Assembly: GCA_965656495.1 (NCBI GenBank)
Contig: CBFHKU010000002.1
Location: forward strand, 96,001 to 160,000
From: Coraliomargaritaceae bacterium
GTDB taxonomy: Bacteria > Verrucomicrobiota > Verrucomicrobiia > Opitutales > Coraliomargaritaceae
Direction: 5' to 3'
DNA: 64,000 bases
Under the pieces are notes generated by a model that ran no database searches, was not told where the DNA came from, and worked only from the letters and a program-made list of their open reading frames with translations. Numbering within the stretch: position 1 is the stretch's first letter; each line of letters opens with the position of its first letter. Positions 37,844 to 47,759 of the stretch are shown piece after piece. A program made the position numbers and the translations under genes.

Positions 37844-40594
37844 ATGCAAACAAAAGCCATAACTAAACTCACATTTGCCCTGTTTTCTCAATGCCTATAT
37901 TTGGCGCTGCTAAACGGTGAAACTGCCGATCCCACCCTAAGGTTGGCCGAAACATTGGGCGCCCCTTCTGAGGAGACCGCCCCCGAGGAAGCAAACCCCA
38001 AAGCCAGTAAAGGCCCTGAAGCCTTTAGGTTGCCGGAAATAAGCGATGGCGACGCTGCTACCGAAGAAGCTGAAGGTAAAACTCAAGAGATCGATGGTGA
38101 AGAAGTCTACATCATGAATGAATTCGAAGTGTCGGCAGAAAAAGACACGGGCTATTACTCTGCCAATACTCTTTCTGGCACACGCACGAATGCACTCATC
38201 AAAGACACGCCGGTTTCCATCTCGGTGGTCAATGAGCAACTGATTGATGACCTGAACCTGAGTAGTATCGCCGATCTCAGCGAGGTTTTGTCCAGTGTGG
38301 ATGTGGACGACGAAGATGCGCAATTCAAGGGCTCGGGAGAGTTGAATATTCGCGGCCTTTTCTCACGTAATCAGCTGTTTGAGTTCTTCCCAAGAGCCTT
38401 ACCTAAGGAGTCTTATAATACCGGGCGCATCGAACTGATCGGAGGCACCAACAGCCTGACGGTCGGTCAGGCGGAGCCCGGAGGCAAGGTGAATTCCGGC
38501 GGCAAAAAAGCGACCTTCGGGAATGATAAAACCGAGCTGGAGTTCATGGGAGGTAATTTTGAGAAGCGTGGCAGCTTCGAGCGAAACATGCAAATTAATG
38601 ATAGCTTGGCCGTGAACGTCATGGGCGGCTATCGTGAAAACTGGCGCGAGCAGCAATATTCGAACCGTGAATTCAAAGGCGCAACGGTCGCTGCGACTTA
38701 TCGGCCCACCAATAAGACCCAAATTCAGCTACACCTCGAAGGTGTTTCCCAAGAGGTAGTGGATGCGCCAACAGGTTTCAAGATGCATAACAACATCAAA
38801 GCGGGGCTGGGGCTTTTAGTTGATCCTTATAATCCAGACATCCTGGATCTTCTTCCGGAAGACTTGCTTGCCCATGGGGTCGAGATCATGAATAGCGACG
38901 ATAACAAGTTTGCGTTCGATTTTGTTGATGAAAACAACGCCCCTAGAGATGGCACGGTCGAAGACATGCACGCATACTTGGAAGAGCACATGATCCCCAC
39001 AAAAGACACTGGTAAATTTGTAGGCGACGACACTTACCAACGTGTGCAGGGCCACCTAGAAATTATCGACATTACACATGCCTTCTCCGATAATTTGCAG
39101 GGCAAGTTAGCGTTTTTCCATGAGACCTATGAGCGCGACTACAGGAGGAATGGCACAGGAGCAGTGACAACCAAACGCGGCGACTTAGAGTATGACCCTT
39201 ATGTAGAGGTCAACTGGAAGAGAGGCACAGAGGATATCGAACAAAATTCCTTACGTGGGATGCTCTCATGGACTAAAGAGCTTAAAAAGAGTCGACACCA
39301 AGTACTCTTAGGAGTGGATCTTGACCACGCCAAGGCACGGGAAACAATCGATGACCTCCTTGATCTGGATGAGGGCAACTACACTCTAGGTGGCACTTAC
39401 AAGAATAAACAAAAATGGGAAAGGCCATTTGATATAACTGCCCAGAACCCGGTAAATTCCTATTATAGTGTGGCGCCCGAAAATCCAGATGTGAATTCGA
39501 TCTGGGCACAATCTAGAGATGATAACACAATCACGCGCTATGCGGGGCTCTGGTCTGCTCTACAGAGTAGCTTCTTTAATGGACGCATGCATTTTCTCGC
39601 TGGCATGCGCCTCAACTATTCTGATGCGGAAGTGGATAGCATGAATTATCAAAAAGACGTGAAACTGGATGATGGAGATGTTGTTCGTAGTGCAACCCCC
39701 AACATCGGTGCTGTTTACTGGTTTACAGAAAATGTAGGCATTCAAGGTAGTTGGTCGCGCTCCGTTCAATCACAAGATGGTTTTGACCAGCAACCCAATG
39801 GCGACCCTATGCCGCCGGAAAAAGGCGAAGGCATGGAAATTGGTTTCCGATTTGATTACCCCAACCAGAATATCAGCGCAGACCTAGCTTACTACAAGAT
39901 CGTCAAAATGAATGCACGAAGTAGTAATGAGGATATTCCGGACGAGTGGTTTTGGCGGGACGGTCCTTATACAGACAACTGGAGCGACTACGATCCAAAT
40001 GATCCAAATGACGTATTTGATCTTAAAGATGACTATGACAATACGGTTGCTAACTACAAGATCCCGGGCACTGAACTGACCTCTGAAGGCATTGACCTGA
40101 AGCTAAACTATAACCCGAGCAAGTCATTGTCGTTTCGCTTAGGTTACGCCCGAAACCTGGTAACAACCTCCAAGTCGCCTAGTGGCACCCGCGATGGCGA
40201 TACCAAAAATGGTAATTCGCTTCATCGCCTGACACTTAATGTGAGCTATGCCTTTAAGGATGGTCCACTGAAAGGGCTCCGACTTGGGGCGAACCAAAGA
40301 TACCGGAGCGGCCTCCTATTGGACACAGTCTATGAAGATTCCGACTTAGACGGCGAGCAAAACTCCCCGAAAGATGGCGATTTGAGAAAATGGGAAATCT
40401 ATCTGGAGGACGAATGGTTAACGGATGCGTTTGTCAGCTGGAGCGGTCAGATGCCATGGGCGAAGGGCCGCAAATATCCAAAGTTTGGGCTGCAAATGAA
40501 CGTGAAAAATGTGTTTGATAATCGTCAATTATCAAAGAGCGGTCGTCCGCTGAGCCCACGTGCTTACTTCGTCAAAGCATCCATGGACTTCTAA
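37844..40594 (+). CDS. TonB-dependent receptor
   Basis: TonB-box-like MNEFEVSA; plug TLSGTRTNALIKDTPVSISVV...RIELIGG; amphipathic beta strands; LQMNVKNVFD; C-terminal Phe. Confidence 0.9.
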   Translation: MQTKAITKLTFALFSQCLYLALLNGETADPTLRLAETLGAPSEETAPEEANPKASKGPEAFRLPEISDGDAATEEAEGKTQEIDGEEVYIMNEFEVSAEKDTGYYSANTLSGTRTNALIKDTPVSISVVNEQLIDDLNLSSIADLSEVLSSVDVDDEDAQFKGSGELNIRGLFSRNQLFEFFPRALPKESYNTGRIELIGGTNSLTVGQAEPGGKVNSGGKKATFGNDKTELEFMGGNFEKRGSFERNMQINDSLAVNVMGGYRENWREQQYSNREFKGATVAATYRPTNKTQIQLHLEGVSQEVVDAPTGFKMHNNIKAGLGLLVDPYNPDILDLLPEDLLAHGVEIMNSDDNKFAFDFVDENNAPRDGTVEDMHAYLEEHMIPTKDTGKFVGDDTYQRVQGHLEIIDITHAFSDNLQGKLAFFHETYERDYRRNGTGAVTTKRGDLEYDPYVEVNWKRGTEDIEQNSLRGMLSWTKELKKSRHQVLLGVDLDHAKARETIDDLLDLDEGNYTLGGTYKNKQKWERPFDITAQNPVNSYYSVAPENPDVNSIWAQSRDDNTITRYAGLWSALQSSFFNGRMHFLAGMRLNYSDAEVDSMNYQKDVKLDDGDVVRSATPNIGAVYWFTENVGIQGSWSRSVQSQDGFDQQPNGDPMPPEKGEGMEIGFRFDYPNQNISADLAYYKIVKMNARSSNEDIPDEWFWRDGPYTDNWSDYDPNDPNDVFDLKDDYDNTVANYKIPGTELTSEGIDLKLNYNPSKSLSFRLGYARNLVTTSKSPSGTRDGDTKNGNSLHRLTLNVSYAFKDGPLKGLRLGANQRYRSGLLLDTVYEDSDLDGEQNSPKDGDLRKWEIYLEDEWLTDAFVSWSGQMPWAKGRKYPKFGLQMNVKNVFDNRQLSKSGRPLSPRAYFVKASMDF

Positions 40595-40696
40595 GTCAGA
40601 TGGAATTATATTCTATAGAGGTATTTTCTGCCACAAAGCCATGCAGGAGCGGCATCTTTTAATGCTCCGTTTAAACGACTGCGCAATGAGCCCATC

Positions 40697-41002
40697 ATGA
40701 GGGACGTGGGCGGAAACATTTGCGGCGAAAAAGGCGGCGGTATTCATACCACCTCAACCAACGTTATCGGCTGGACTATCTCTGAGCAACCACTGGCCTA
40801 CTCGCGCACAGTCACTTGGGACGATGAACAGACCATTAAACAAGGTTCGTTCGAACGCCCTCAGCTACTCATCAAAAATGGCATTCCCACCCACCTCTTT
40901 GCAGCAACCGCAGACGGACCCGGCGGATTCCACAAAGCCGAAAACACTTGGAATATCTGTATTCCTCTAGGCAATCGCACCGAAGCCAAGCCAAAGTACT
41001 AG
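40697..41002 (+). pseudogene. C-terminal fragment of a beta-propeller glycoside hydrolase (GH43-like clan)
   Basis: AYSRTVTWDD...GSFERPQLL...PTHLFAATADG resembles the last blades of such enzymes. Only 101 aa, with no room upstream for the remainder. Confidence 0.6.
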
Positions 41003-41167
41003 AGCGTATTCATTTCCGCACACTCAATGAATGGCTTGAAACGCAGCCTGGCCAAACTCGCGTCTCTTCTGTCGCCAAGCTGCGACATTAACTGCGGCAA
41101 TACATCCCTCTTTTAGTATTCCGTGATTGTTGCCTGAAAAAGTGAAAGCCTGGTATGAGTTATCGAC

Positions 41168-43900
41168 TCACTCGGGTTCAACCTCGACTTCAACACAGAA
41201 GAAAGCCGCGCCCTCCACTTCCACAGTGTAGCTAATCTCTCCACCTGTGCCTACAATGTTGGAATCGAGAACGTTGAAACCATCCGATAGACGATTCGAT
41301 TTTTGAAGTTTATAGGTACGTCCTTCCACGCTGGGCCAGCGAATAACATAATCGCCTCCGGAGGAAGTCACATCCAATTCGACCGCCCATCCTGAGCTGG
41401 ACTGCAATGGGTCAGTTCCGGCAATGTACTCTTGCCACGAGGTGAAGCCGTCGCCATCGGTGTCGAGCTGATCAATGGCTTCGTAGTCATCGCCGATCAG
41501 TCCTTGATCATAGAGCCAGTGGTATGGGGTTCCTTTAGCAGAGTAGCGATATTCAAAGCCCTTGTCGTCATCTTTCGCTTTGAGCAGTTTCAGCTGGTCG
41601 ACATAGGGTTGAACATCGTCCACATCAACCGAATCGTTGCCGTCAACAAATTCACCAAATGGTCGCCCCTGAGCTACGAGGTAGGTGGTTAAGATGCCCT
41701 TCATCTCAGTTAGCTTGGCTTGGATGTCTGGGTCTGAGTTATAGGCGAGGTTATCGTCTTCGTCCGTATTGTTTTCAAGGTTGTAGAGCTGATCTAAATC
41801 GTAGCCGTTAGGGCGTTCTCTAAGAAGGCCTGTAACACGCTTCATATTGCCCACGTAGGCCAGCTTTTGTGGCATATTCAGACGTTTAGCCGCCTGAATT
41901 TCCGCAAAACGGTCCGAACCGTGTCGAACGGCAATATATTTCCATTTATCTGTGCGGACGGCGCGCCCGTAGCCCATTTCGAAATACAGGTGATCGTGCA
42001 CCTTGGCCGTAGGATCGGATAGAATTGGGACAATACTCGTTCCATCAATGTGATAACCTTCGGGCTCTGTCACTCCAGCAACTTCGAAAAAGGTTGGAAC
42101 CATGTCGGTGTTTTGAACCAAGTTGGTGCAAACAGACTCCGCCGGAACCACATCCGGCCAGCGAACGATAAAGGGAATGCTGGTCCCATTTTTCTCGTTC
42201 AGCGAAAATTTGCCGCCGGTTCCGTGATCCGTGACAAAGACAAAGAGTGTATTGTCATCGATTTCCAAGTCCTTGAGTTTATCGAGCATGGCCCCGAGGG
42301 TCGCATCCATCCAAGTAAAGCCTTTCGTCTCGTCACTAAACCCTGCCGCTTCAACCAAACCGGGGATGCTGCTGCGAAACTCCGGGTCTGGTGCCTCGTC
42401 GAGTAGGCCCGCACCGGAATAGAGAGGATAATCCAAAGCTGCGTTCCAGTTTTTTGATCCGCCATGCATCATGGTAGTGCAGTAGTGAAGATAAAAAGGT
42501 CGATCCTGATTCAGCTCTATAAATTCAAGTGCTGCCTCCAAGGTCCATTCGGGATTGTGCTTATTGTAAGGATTCTCCGTATTTCCCGCATAGACATTCT
42601 TCGCCCATGAAAAACCACGATCCACGATCCAACGCCGGATCGAAAGTTCGTGGGCTTTCCATTTGGCGATTACAGCAGAATCATTAGGATCATCATTCGG
42701 ACTAAAGCCAGTCTCATGTTCGGCACCGACGTGCAGCTTGCCAACGTGCCCGGTCACATACCCACCCAAACGTAGGACGTTGCCGACATTCATGTTGTCG
42801 TCCTCGAGCCCCACATTAAATTCGGGTGAACCGTGCTTGTCTACGGGGAAGTCCGCCAGATAGCTGGGCCAGGTGGAATTGCCCGGATAACGACCGGTGA
42901 ACATCGAGTAGCGCGAAGGTGTGCACACCGTCGCCACAACATGCCCGGCATCCATCCGCATCCCCTCATCGGCCAGACGATCAAGATTCGGCGTAAGGAC
43001 CTCTCCGCCGTAGCAGGCCACGTCGTCTTTATCCATGTCGTCAACGATGAAGAAAATAATGTTGGGTTTATCACCATCAATTGACTCATCGCGCACAGCG
43101 GCTGTGATGGGCTGAGCCCAAACTTCGGCACTCAAATCAGATTCATTCGACTCAACATCGCTTGCCGAAACCGCATAGTAATAGATCTCACCATTGGTCA
43201 CGGCCGTGTCCGTATAGGTGCTGTCGCTCGTGGTAAGCAAGAGGTCGGCACTTGTAACATTAGGACTGGTCGAGCGATATAATTTGTATTCGTTGGGCTG
43301 TCCCGTGGTATTATTGCTCCATTCAAATACGATCTGGGTCCAATCCAATTCGACCTGCGAATCGGTGGCAAAGGCTATCAGCCCCACAGCAGCCTTATGT
43401 TCTTCACTTTCGACTATACTAAAGGAAAATTTGGTATCGGGGTTCGAACTCGCTGTTTCACGATTGGCCCGTAGGCTATTAGCAGCGCCTTGTTCACCCA
43501 CAACTGGCGTGCCGTCTGTAACACCTACGCTGGTTAATGTAATACCCCCATCAAATTCCGTCCACGTAAAGTGGGTTAGGGTATTGTTGGCTGTATCGGG
43601 ATTAGACAAGATAGACAAGATGTCGCCGTTATCCGTATCTACGCCGACGTAATCGGTGGTGCCGGGCAAATTAAGAAGGATGTCCGAACCGGGTCCGTCG
43701 CCGTCGGCATCCAACACCGCAAATTTCAAGGCATCTTCAACGCTGGTGGCAGTCTTAACTACCAGTGTGGTGCCGTCTTGGGTCACATATCTATCCTCAT
43801 CAACATGAAGCAAACAGATGGTTTCGCCGATCGGTGGGTCCGCCTGCACCACGAGCGCCATAACAAATAATGATGCTAACGATATTTTGATTTTGATCAT
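41168..43900 (-). CDS. Multidomain secreted S1 sulfatase: N-terminal beta domain + fibronectin type III + sulfatase + C-terminal module
   Basis: Signal peptide; FN3 (VELDW..YKLYRS..YTDTAVTNGEIYYYAVSA); KPNIIFFIVDD, CTPSR; C-terminal DTDGDGFTSWQEYIAGTDP...AFFCVEVEVEPE. Confidence 0.9.
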   Translation of the reverse strand: MIKIKISLASLFVMALVVQADPPIGETICLLHVDEDRYVTQDGTTLVVKTATSVEDALKFAVLDADGDGPGSDILLNLPGTTDYVGVDTDNGDILSILSNPDTANNTLTHFTWTEFDGGITLTSVGVTDGTPVVGEQGAANSLRANRETASSNPDTKFSFSIVESEEHKAAVGLIAFATDSQVELDWTQIVFEWSNNTTGQPNEYKLYRSTSPNVTSADLLLTTSDSTYTDTAVTNGEIYYYAVSASDVESNESDLSAEVWAQPITAAVRDESIDGDKPNIIFFIVDDMDKDDVACYGGEVLTPNLDRLADEGMRMDAGHVVATVCTPSRYSMFTGRYPGNSTWPSYLADFPVDKHGSPEFNVGLEDDNMNVGNVLRLGGYVTGHVGKLHVGAEHETGFSPNDDPNDSAVIAKWKAHELSIRRWIVDRGFSWAKNVYAGNTENPYNKHNPEWTLEAALEFIELNQDRPFYLHYCTTMMHGGSKNWNAALDYPLYSGAGLLDEAPDPEFRSSIPGLVEAAGFSDETKGFTWMDATLGAMLDKLKDLEIDDNTLFVFVTDHGTGGKFSLNEKNGTSIPFIVRWPDVVPAESVCTNLVQNTDMVPTFFEVAGVTEPEGYHIDGTSIVPILSDPTAKVHDHLYFEMGYGRAVRTDKWKYIAVRHGSDRFAEIQAAKRLNMPQKLAYVGNMKRVTGLLRERPNGYDLDQLYNLENNTDEDDNLAYNSDPDIQAKLTEMKGILTTYLVAQGRPFGEFVDGNDSVDVDDVQPYVDQLKLLKAKDDDKGFEYRYSAKGTPYHWLYDQGLIGDDYEAIDQLDTDGDGFTSWQEYIAGTDPLQSSSGWAVELDVTSSGGDYVIRWPSVEGRTYKLQKSNRLSDGFNVLDSNIVGTGGEISYTVEVEGAAFFCVEVEVEPE

Positions 43901-44004
43901 ATTTTGAATCCGTTAAATCTCCATCGGTGAACTCGAAACCCTCGCAGGGCGTCTTCACGCAACGTAGGGGGCTTTCGAGGTCATACTTCTTTTAAACGAT
44001 TTTT

Positions 44005-44069
44005 AGTATCGCACATACAAAAATACATGGCTTGGTATTTTTCGCCAAACTATTGGGAATTTCCGACGA
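44005..44069 (-). promoter_or_regulatory. Regulon promoter cassette, copy 4
   Basis: Minus strand TCGTCG(44069)-N15-TTGGCG(44048)-N7-CCAAG(44035)-N17-TGC-GATACT. Confidence 0.8.
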
Positions 44070-44248
44070 ACTTCGTAGAGAAAATTCAATCTGAATTAGC
44101 CGCCATAGGTCAAGCGGCGCAAACCACCCAAACCCGAAAATTTCACGGATTTACCGTAGACGGGTTTTTATTTATTAAGCGTTAAGTTTGTATTCTTGAA
44201 TGAGCTGCAGGCTATTTTTCTTCATTTTCGCCCAAGCTCAGGTCCAAG

Positions 44249-46804
44249 CTAGGGGCGTTCGATATAGAAATCCAGTTTAGCACGTCCCCCTACACTCGCA
44301 TCACGCAACTCTCGACGTCCTACAATTCCCATCAACTGCGCATCTGCATCTCCGGTAATTTTCACCTGCGTGCCCTTCGGATTCAGGAAATTTACATTTA
44401 CCGCACGCAGAGATCCTCCGCTCATAAAAATACCTTCACCATGCCGGGTGGCATGTAAATTCTGTAAGAATAAATTACCGGCTTCTGACTCGACCAGTAA
44501 ATCCGGCGAACCCCACACCATGGTATTCACAAGGCTCGCTTCCGCACTGAACTTGGGGCCGACCTTAATCGCAGTCTTATCTTCCGATGACATCGCAACC
44601 AACTCCGAATTGATCATCGTGATACGCTCGCTGCCATGCTCAAAGAATACCCCGACCTTGGAGCCATCCGTTCCATGCCCGTGGGAAATACAATTCTTTG
44701 GACCACGCGACTGATTCTCCGTAAATCGAATTCCGCAAAGCGATCCATAGACAAAGTTCTGATAAAGGAATTGATTCTCGGTTGCTCCGATCGAGATCGC
44801 ATCAAGATTTTCTTTTTGCAACTCCCATAGAAGCTGACCGGTGCCACCATGGATACCGCCTTGAGCTTTATTGTCATAGTAACGATTCCGAGCCGGCGCG
44901 CGCGACCAATAGTGTGGGTTAAACTGCAAGTTACTCAGCTCTCCATCCACACTGCCACCACCAATCCAAACCCCCACTTTCAATGGTGAGCCCGACAGGT
45001 AATCCACATAGTGACGATCACAACGGTAGCTCATCAGATCCAAGTAGCGATAGGGGTTGGCTGCATTAACATCGATAATATAAATGTCGGCTCCCCTGCC
45101 CTGTATTAAGAATGGATACGATTTAACTGCCTCAACGCTCTGATTCGGATAATTAAACGAAACCCCGCGCAGCCCACTGTTGGCTGCCATCAGCACGCTG
45201 GGCGCATCGGAATTCGGGTAAATATGGAGCATACTGCCCCCGCCTTTTGTGTGATGCGGCACATCATGCACGCCGCGTAACTCGACAGCGGAAGGGATGC
45301 GCAGTTGACCATGAATCTCGTAATTCCCACCCGGCAAGAAAACCACCCCACCGCCATTGGCACTTAGCTGGTCCATCGCCTGCTGGATCCGAGTGGTCAT
45401 GTCTTGACCTTTGCGTGACTCGACCACCTTTAATTGGCTGCTACCTGGCTTATAACTACGCTCCGGTTTAAAGGGATAAGGTGGAATCTTAACCAACTCA
45501 GGCGCTTGATCCGACACCTGTAAGATCGAAGCCTTCGCCTTATTGTGGATCATCTGCTTCTCATCCAAAGCCTCGTTTGCGGCCAAGGTAACACCACTGA
45601 CATCTTCACCGATATGGATCGTGGAGGAACGGTCTTTAAACGCGCACCGAACCATGGAGAGGCTTCCATGTTGCAAATCCACCTCACCCCGCTCAATACG
45701 ACATTGCTCCATTAAAACGACGCCGTCGCCACGCGATTCAATCGCTTGCTTACCATACAAAATACAGGTCGAGAACAGCACTACCGAATCAAACTTCGGG
45801 CTTAACAGCACCGCCTGATCCTTCCCCTGGAAAAAGCACTCCGTAAAGATCATGCCATAGGGGTTCGTCTTATCCACCGCGAGTGCGATACCACAATTGC
45901 GCAGAATCAGTCGACGAAACTGCGCATTTGCCGCCCCCCGCTCGCCTTCACTCACCTTGAAACCAATACCGTAACCAGTGATAAAGACACGATCTACATA
46001 CTCCCAATCACTGCGTAGCATGTGAATGCCGACGGCCTCTCGCATCAACCAAGCGGCAAGCGGCCCATTGGCAGCAGGAGCCCCGGTCAATCCACTTTGC
46101 ACCCAATAATCCGGAGAAAAATAGACTTCCTGCAAACGCCCAATGTCCGTTGTCGAGTCGTAGCGAAACCCGGTTTTCAAAGGCGTGCCATATACATTGT
46201 GCACATAATGCAGCTCATTGGCTTGTGGCCCCACTTTGATGCCCAGGTATGGATTGACCAAAGTTAGGTTTTTGAAGGTCGCATTGTTCATACCGACCTG
46301 CTCCAAACAAAACGGATACGGCTGTATATCCGAAGCCGTCTGCTCCGGATACCAGATCGACAAGTCGCGTATACCGCCACTCGCACCCAAAGAAATGGCA
46401 GCAGGAGCCTTCGTTGTCCCCCGGTCGGCATACAGCATCAAGACAGTTCCAAGCACCTGACCTCCGGTTTTATGTGGCGATTGCCACTCTCCCCGAAGGA
46501 TGACCGATTCAGGGATTTTTAAGCGCCCTTTCAAGGCATACTTACCTTCCGGAGCGAACACGGTTCCACCACCCTCTGCAGCCATTGCATCCAAAGCTTT
46601 CTGAAATGCTTGGGTGCTATCCGATCCCCCATTTCGATCCGCACCAAAGTCGGTCACATCGTAGCCGGCAATCACAATGTCTGGAGTCGGATAGCGTGTA
46701 TCGACAATCTGCCAATTCGGGGCTCCTGCCCCATACACCTGCGATACAAAATAAAGGGCCAACAAGAGCCCTTTCCACACAATGCCTAATTTATCGATAC
46801 TCAT
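44249..46804 (-). CDS. Secreted tandem right-handed beta-helix glycosidase/lyase-like protein (Pectate_lyase_3/GH55-type architecture)
   Basis: Two repeats: DVTDFGA..DSTQAFQKALD..GGGTVFAPEGKY and TTRIQQAMD..GGGVVFLPGGNY. Likely start 46804. Confidence 0.78.
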   Translation of the reverse strand: MSIDKLGIVWKGLLLALYFVSQVYGAGAPNWQIVDTRYPTPDIVIAGYDVTDFGADRNGGSDSTQAFQKALDAMAAEGGGTVFAPEGKYALKGRLKIPESVILRGEWQSPHKTGGQVLGTVLMLYADRGTTKAPAAISLGASGGIRDLSIWYPEQTASDIQPYPFCLEQVGMNNATFKNLTLVNPYLGIKVGPQANELHYVHNVYGTPLKTGFRYDSTTDIGRLQEVYFSPDYWVQSGLTGAPAANGPLAAWLMREAVGIHMLRSDWEYVDRVFITGYGIGFKVSEGERGAANAQFRRLILRNCGIALAVDKTNPYGMIFTECFFQGKDQAVLLSPKFDSVVLFSTCILYGKQAIESRGDGVVLMEQCRIERGEVDLQHGSLSMVRCAFKDRSSTIHIGEDVSGVTLAANEALDEKQMIHNKAKASILQVSDQAPELVKIPPYPFKPERSYKPGSSQLKVVESRKGQDMTTRIQQAMDQLSANGGGVVFLPGGNYEIHGQLRIPSAVELRGVHDVPHHTKGGGSMLHIYPNSDAPSVLMAANSGLRGVSFNYPNQSVEAVKSYPFLIQGRGADIYIIDVNAANPYRYLDLMSYRCDRHYVDYLSGSPLKVGVWIGGGSVDGELSNLQFNPHYWSRAPARNRYYDNKAQGGIHGGTGQLLWELQKENLDAISIGATENQFLYQNFVYGSLCGIRFTENQSRGPKNCISHGHGTDGSKVGVFFEHGSERITMINSELVAMSSEDKTAIKVGPKFSAEASLVNTMVWGSPDLLVESEAGNLFLQNLHATRHGEGIFMSGGSLRAVNVNFLNPKGTQVKITGDADAQLMGIVGRRELRDASVGGRAKLDFYIERP

Positions 46805-46894
46805 ACTTTGCCCCTCGCATGGCTCCGAATCACTGTCACCAGCCATACTTCTACAAATCTAATGTGCGCTTCAAGAGTGTTGCTGTAGTCTGAA

Positions 46895-47560
46895 TTACAG
46901 CTCTTTAATTTTGATCTTTCGCCAAGCGACTTGGAAAGGGCCCGTTCCTTTTTTAATACCATGAATCTGTAAGCCAATCAGGCCACTTGGATTGCTCGCA
47001 TGGCGTTCCGCTGGAACAGTCGTCGTGATGACCTCGTTACCGTTGATCCACGTGGTGATCTGATCGCCCTTGGCGACCACACGGAAATGATTCCATTCAC
47101 CATCCTTGAAGAACGTGTGCGCTTTCTTGCTATCTTTCGGGGTCAGCCAGGTTTTCCAGCCCTGCCCATAGATATTGCCCGAACCATTCTTTTCAAAATT
47201 CCGCCCAGTGACTTCCACCTGCGGACCGTAAACCGCACCGTATTTTTCGCCCTTTTTGGGTTCGAACGTCTTCGAGCGAATCTGTACACCCGAGTTCAAT
47301 TCGTTGTCGATCAGCTTGGTCTCAAACTCGAGTTCGAAGTCGGCATAGTCCTTATTGGAACATAAGAATGTAGTGCCCAAGCCGCTCTTCGCAGTTCCAA
47401 TAATTGCACCGTCTTCCACCCGGAAAGAGCCTTCTTTGGTTTTTTCTGTCCAGCCGTCCAGGTTCAGACCATTAAACAGTTCAACCCAGTCGCCTGCACT
47501 CGCGGTTAGGCTGGCGAGTACGCTGAGACTCAGCACGAAGAGAATTTTTGTGTTACGCAT
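46895..47560 (-). CDS. Secreted DUF1080 (3-keto-disaccharide hydrolase-like) protein
   Basis: Signal peptide; LFNGLNLDGW, NSGVQIRS, GPQVE, WNHFRV, GLIGLQIH and WRKIKIKEL. Confidence 0.9.
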   Translation of the reverse strand: MRNTKILFVLSLSVLASLTASAGDWVELFNGLNLDGWTEKTKEGSFRVEDGAIIGTAKSGLGTTFLCSNKDYADFELEFETKLIDNELNSGVQIRSKTFEPKKGEKYGAVYGPQVEVTGRNFEKNGSGNIYGQGWKTWLTPKDSKKAHTFFKDGEWNHFRVVAKGDQITTWINGNEVITTTVPAERHASNPSGLIGLQIHGIKKGTGPFQVAWRKIKIKEL

Positions 47561-47587
47561 TGTTCGTTCGATTGAATTGAACCTCAG

Positions 47588-47652
47588 ATGATCTCACAAA
47601 ACATGAGATCCCGCTTGGTCTAAATCGCCAAAAACCTAGCTTTTTCCGCCAA
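47588..47652 (-). promoter_or_regulatory. Regulon promoter cassette, copy 5
   Basis: Minus strand TTGGCG(47652)-N15-TTGGCG(47631)-N7-CCAAG(47618)-N17-TGA-GATCAT. Confidence 0.82.
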
Positions 47653-47759
47653 CCAGAGACCAACAGCGCCCAGTTTCTTACGATGAAGCGGTTGTATCAA
47701 CCGTTTATACAACTTCCCCTGTCCTTCCCGACACTGATTGACTTAACTGAAACGCGGTT

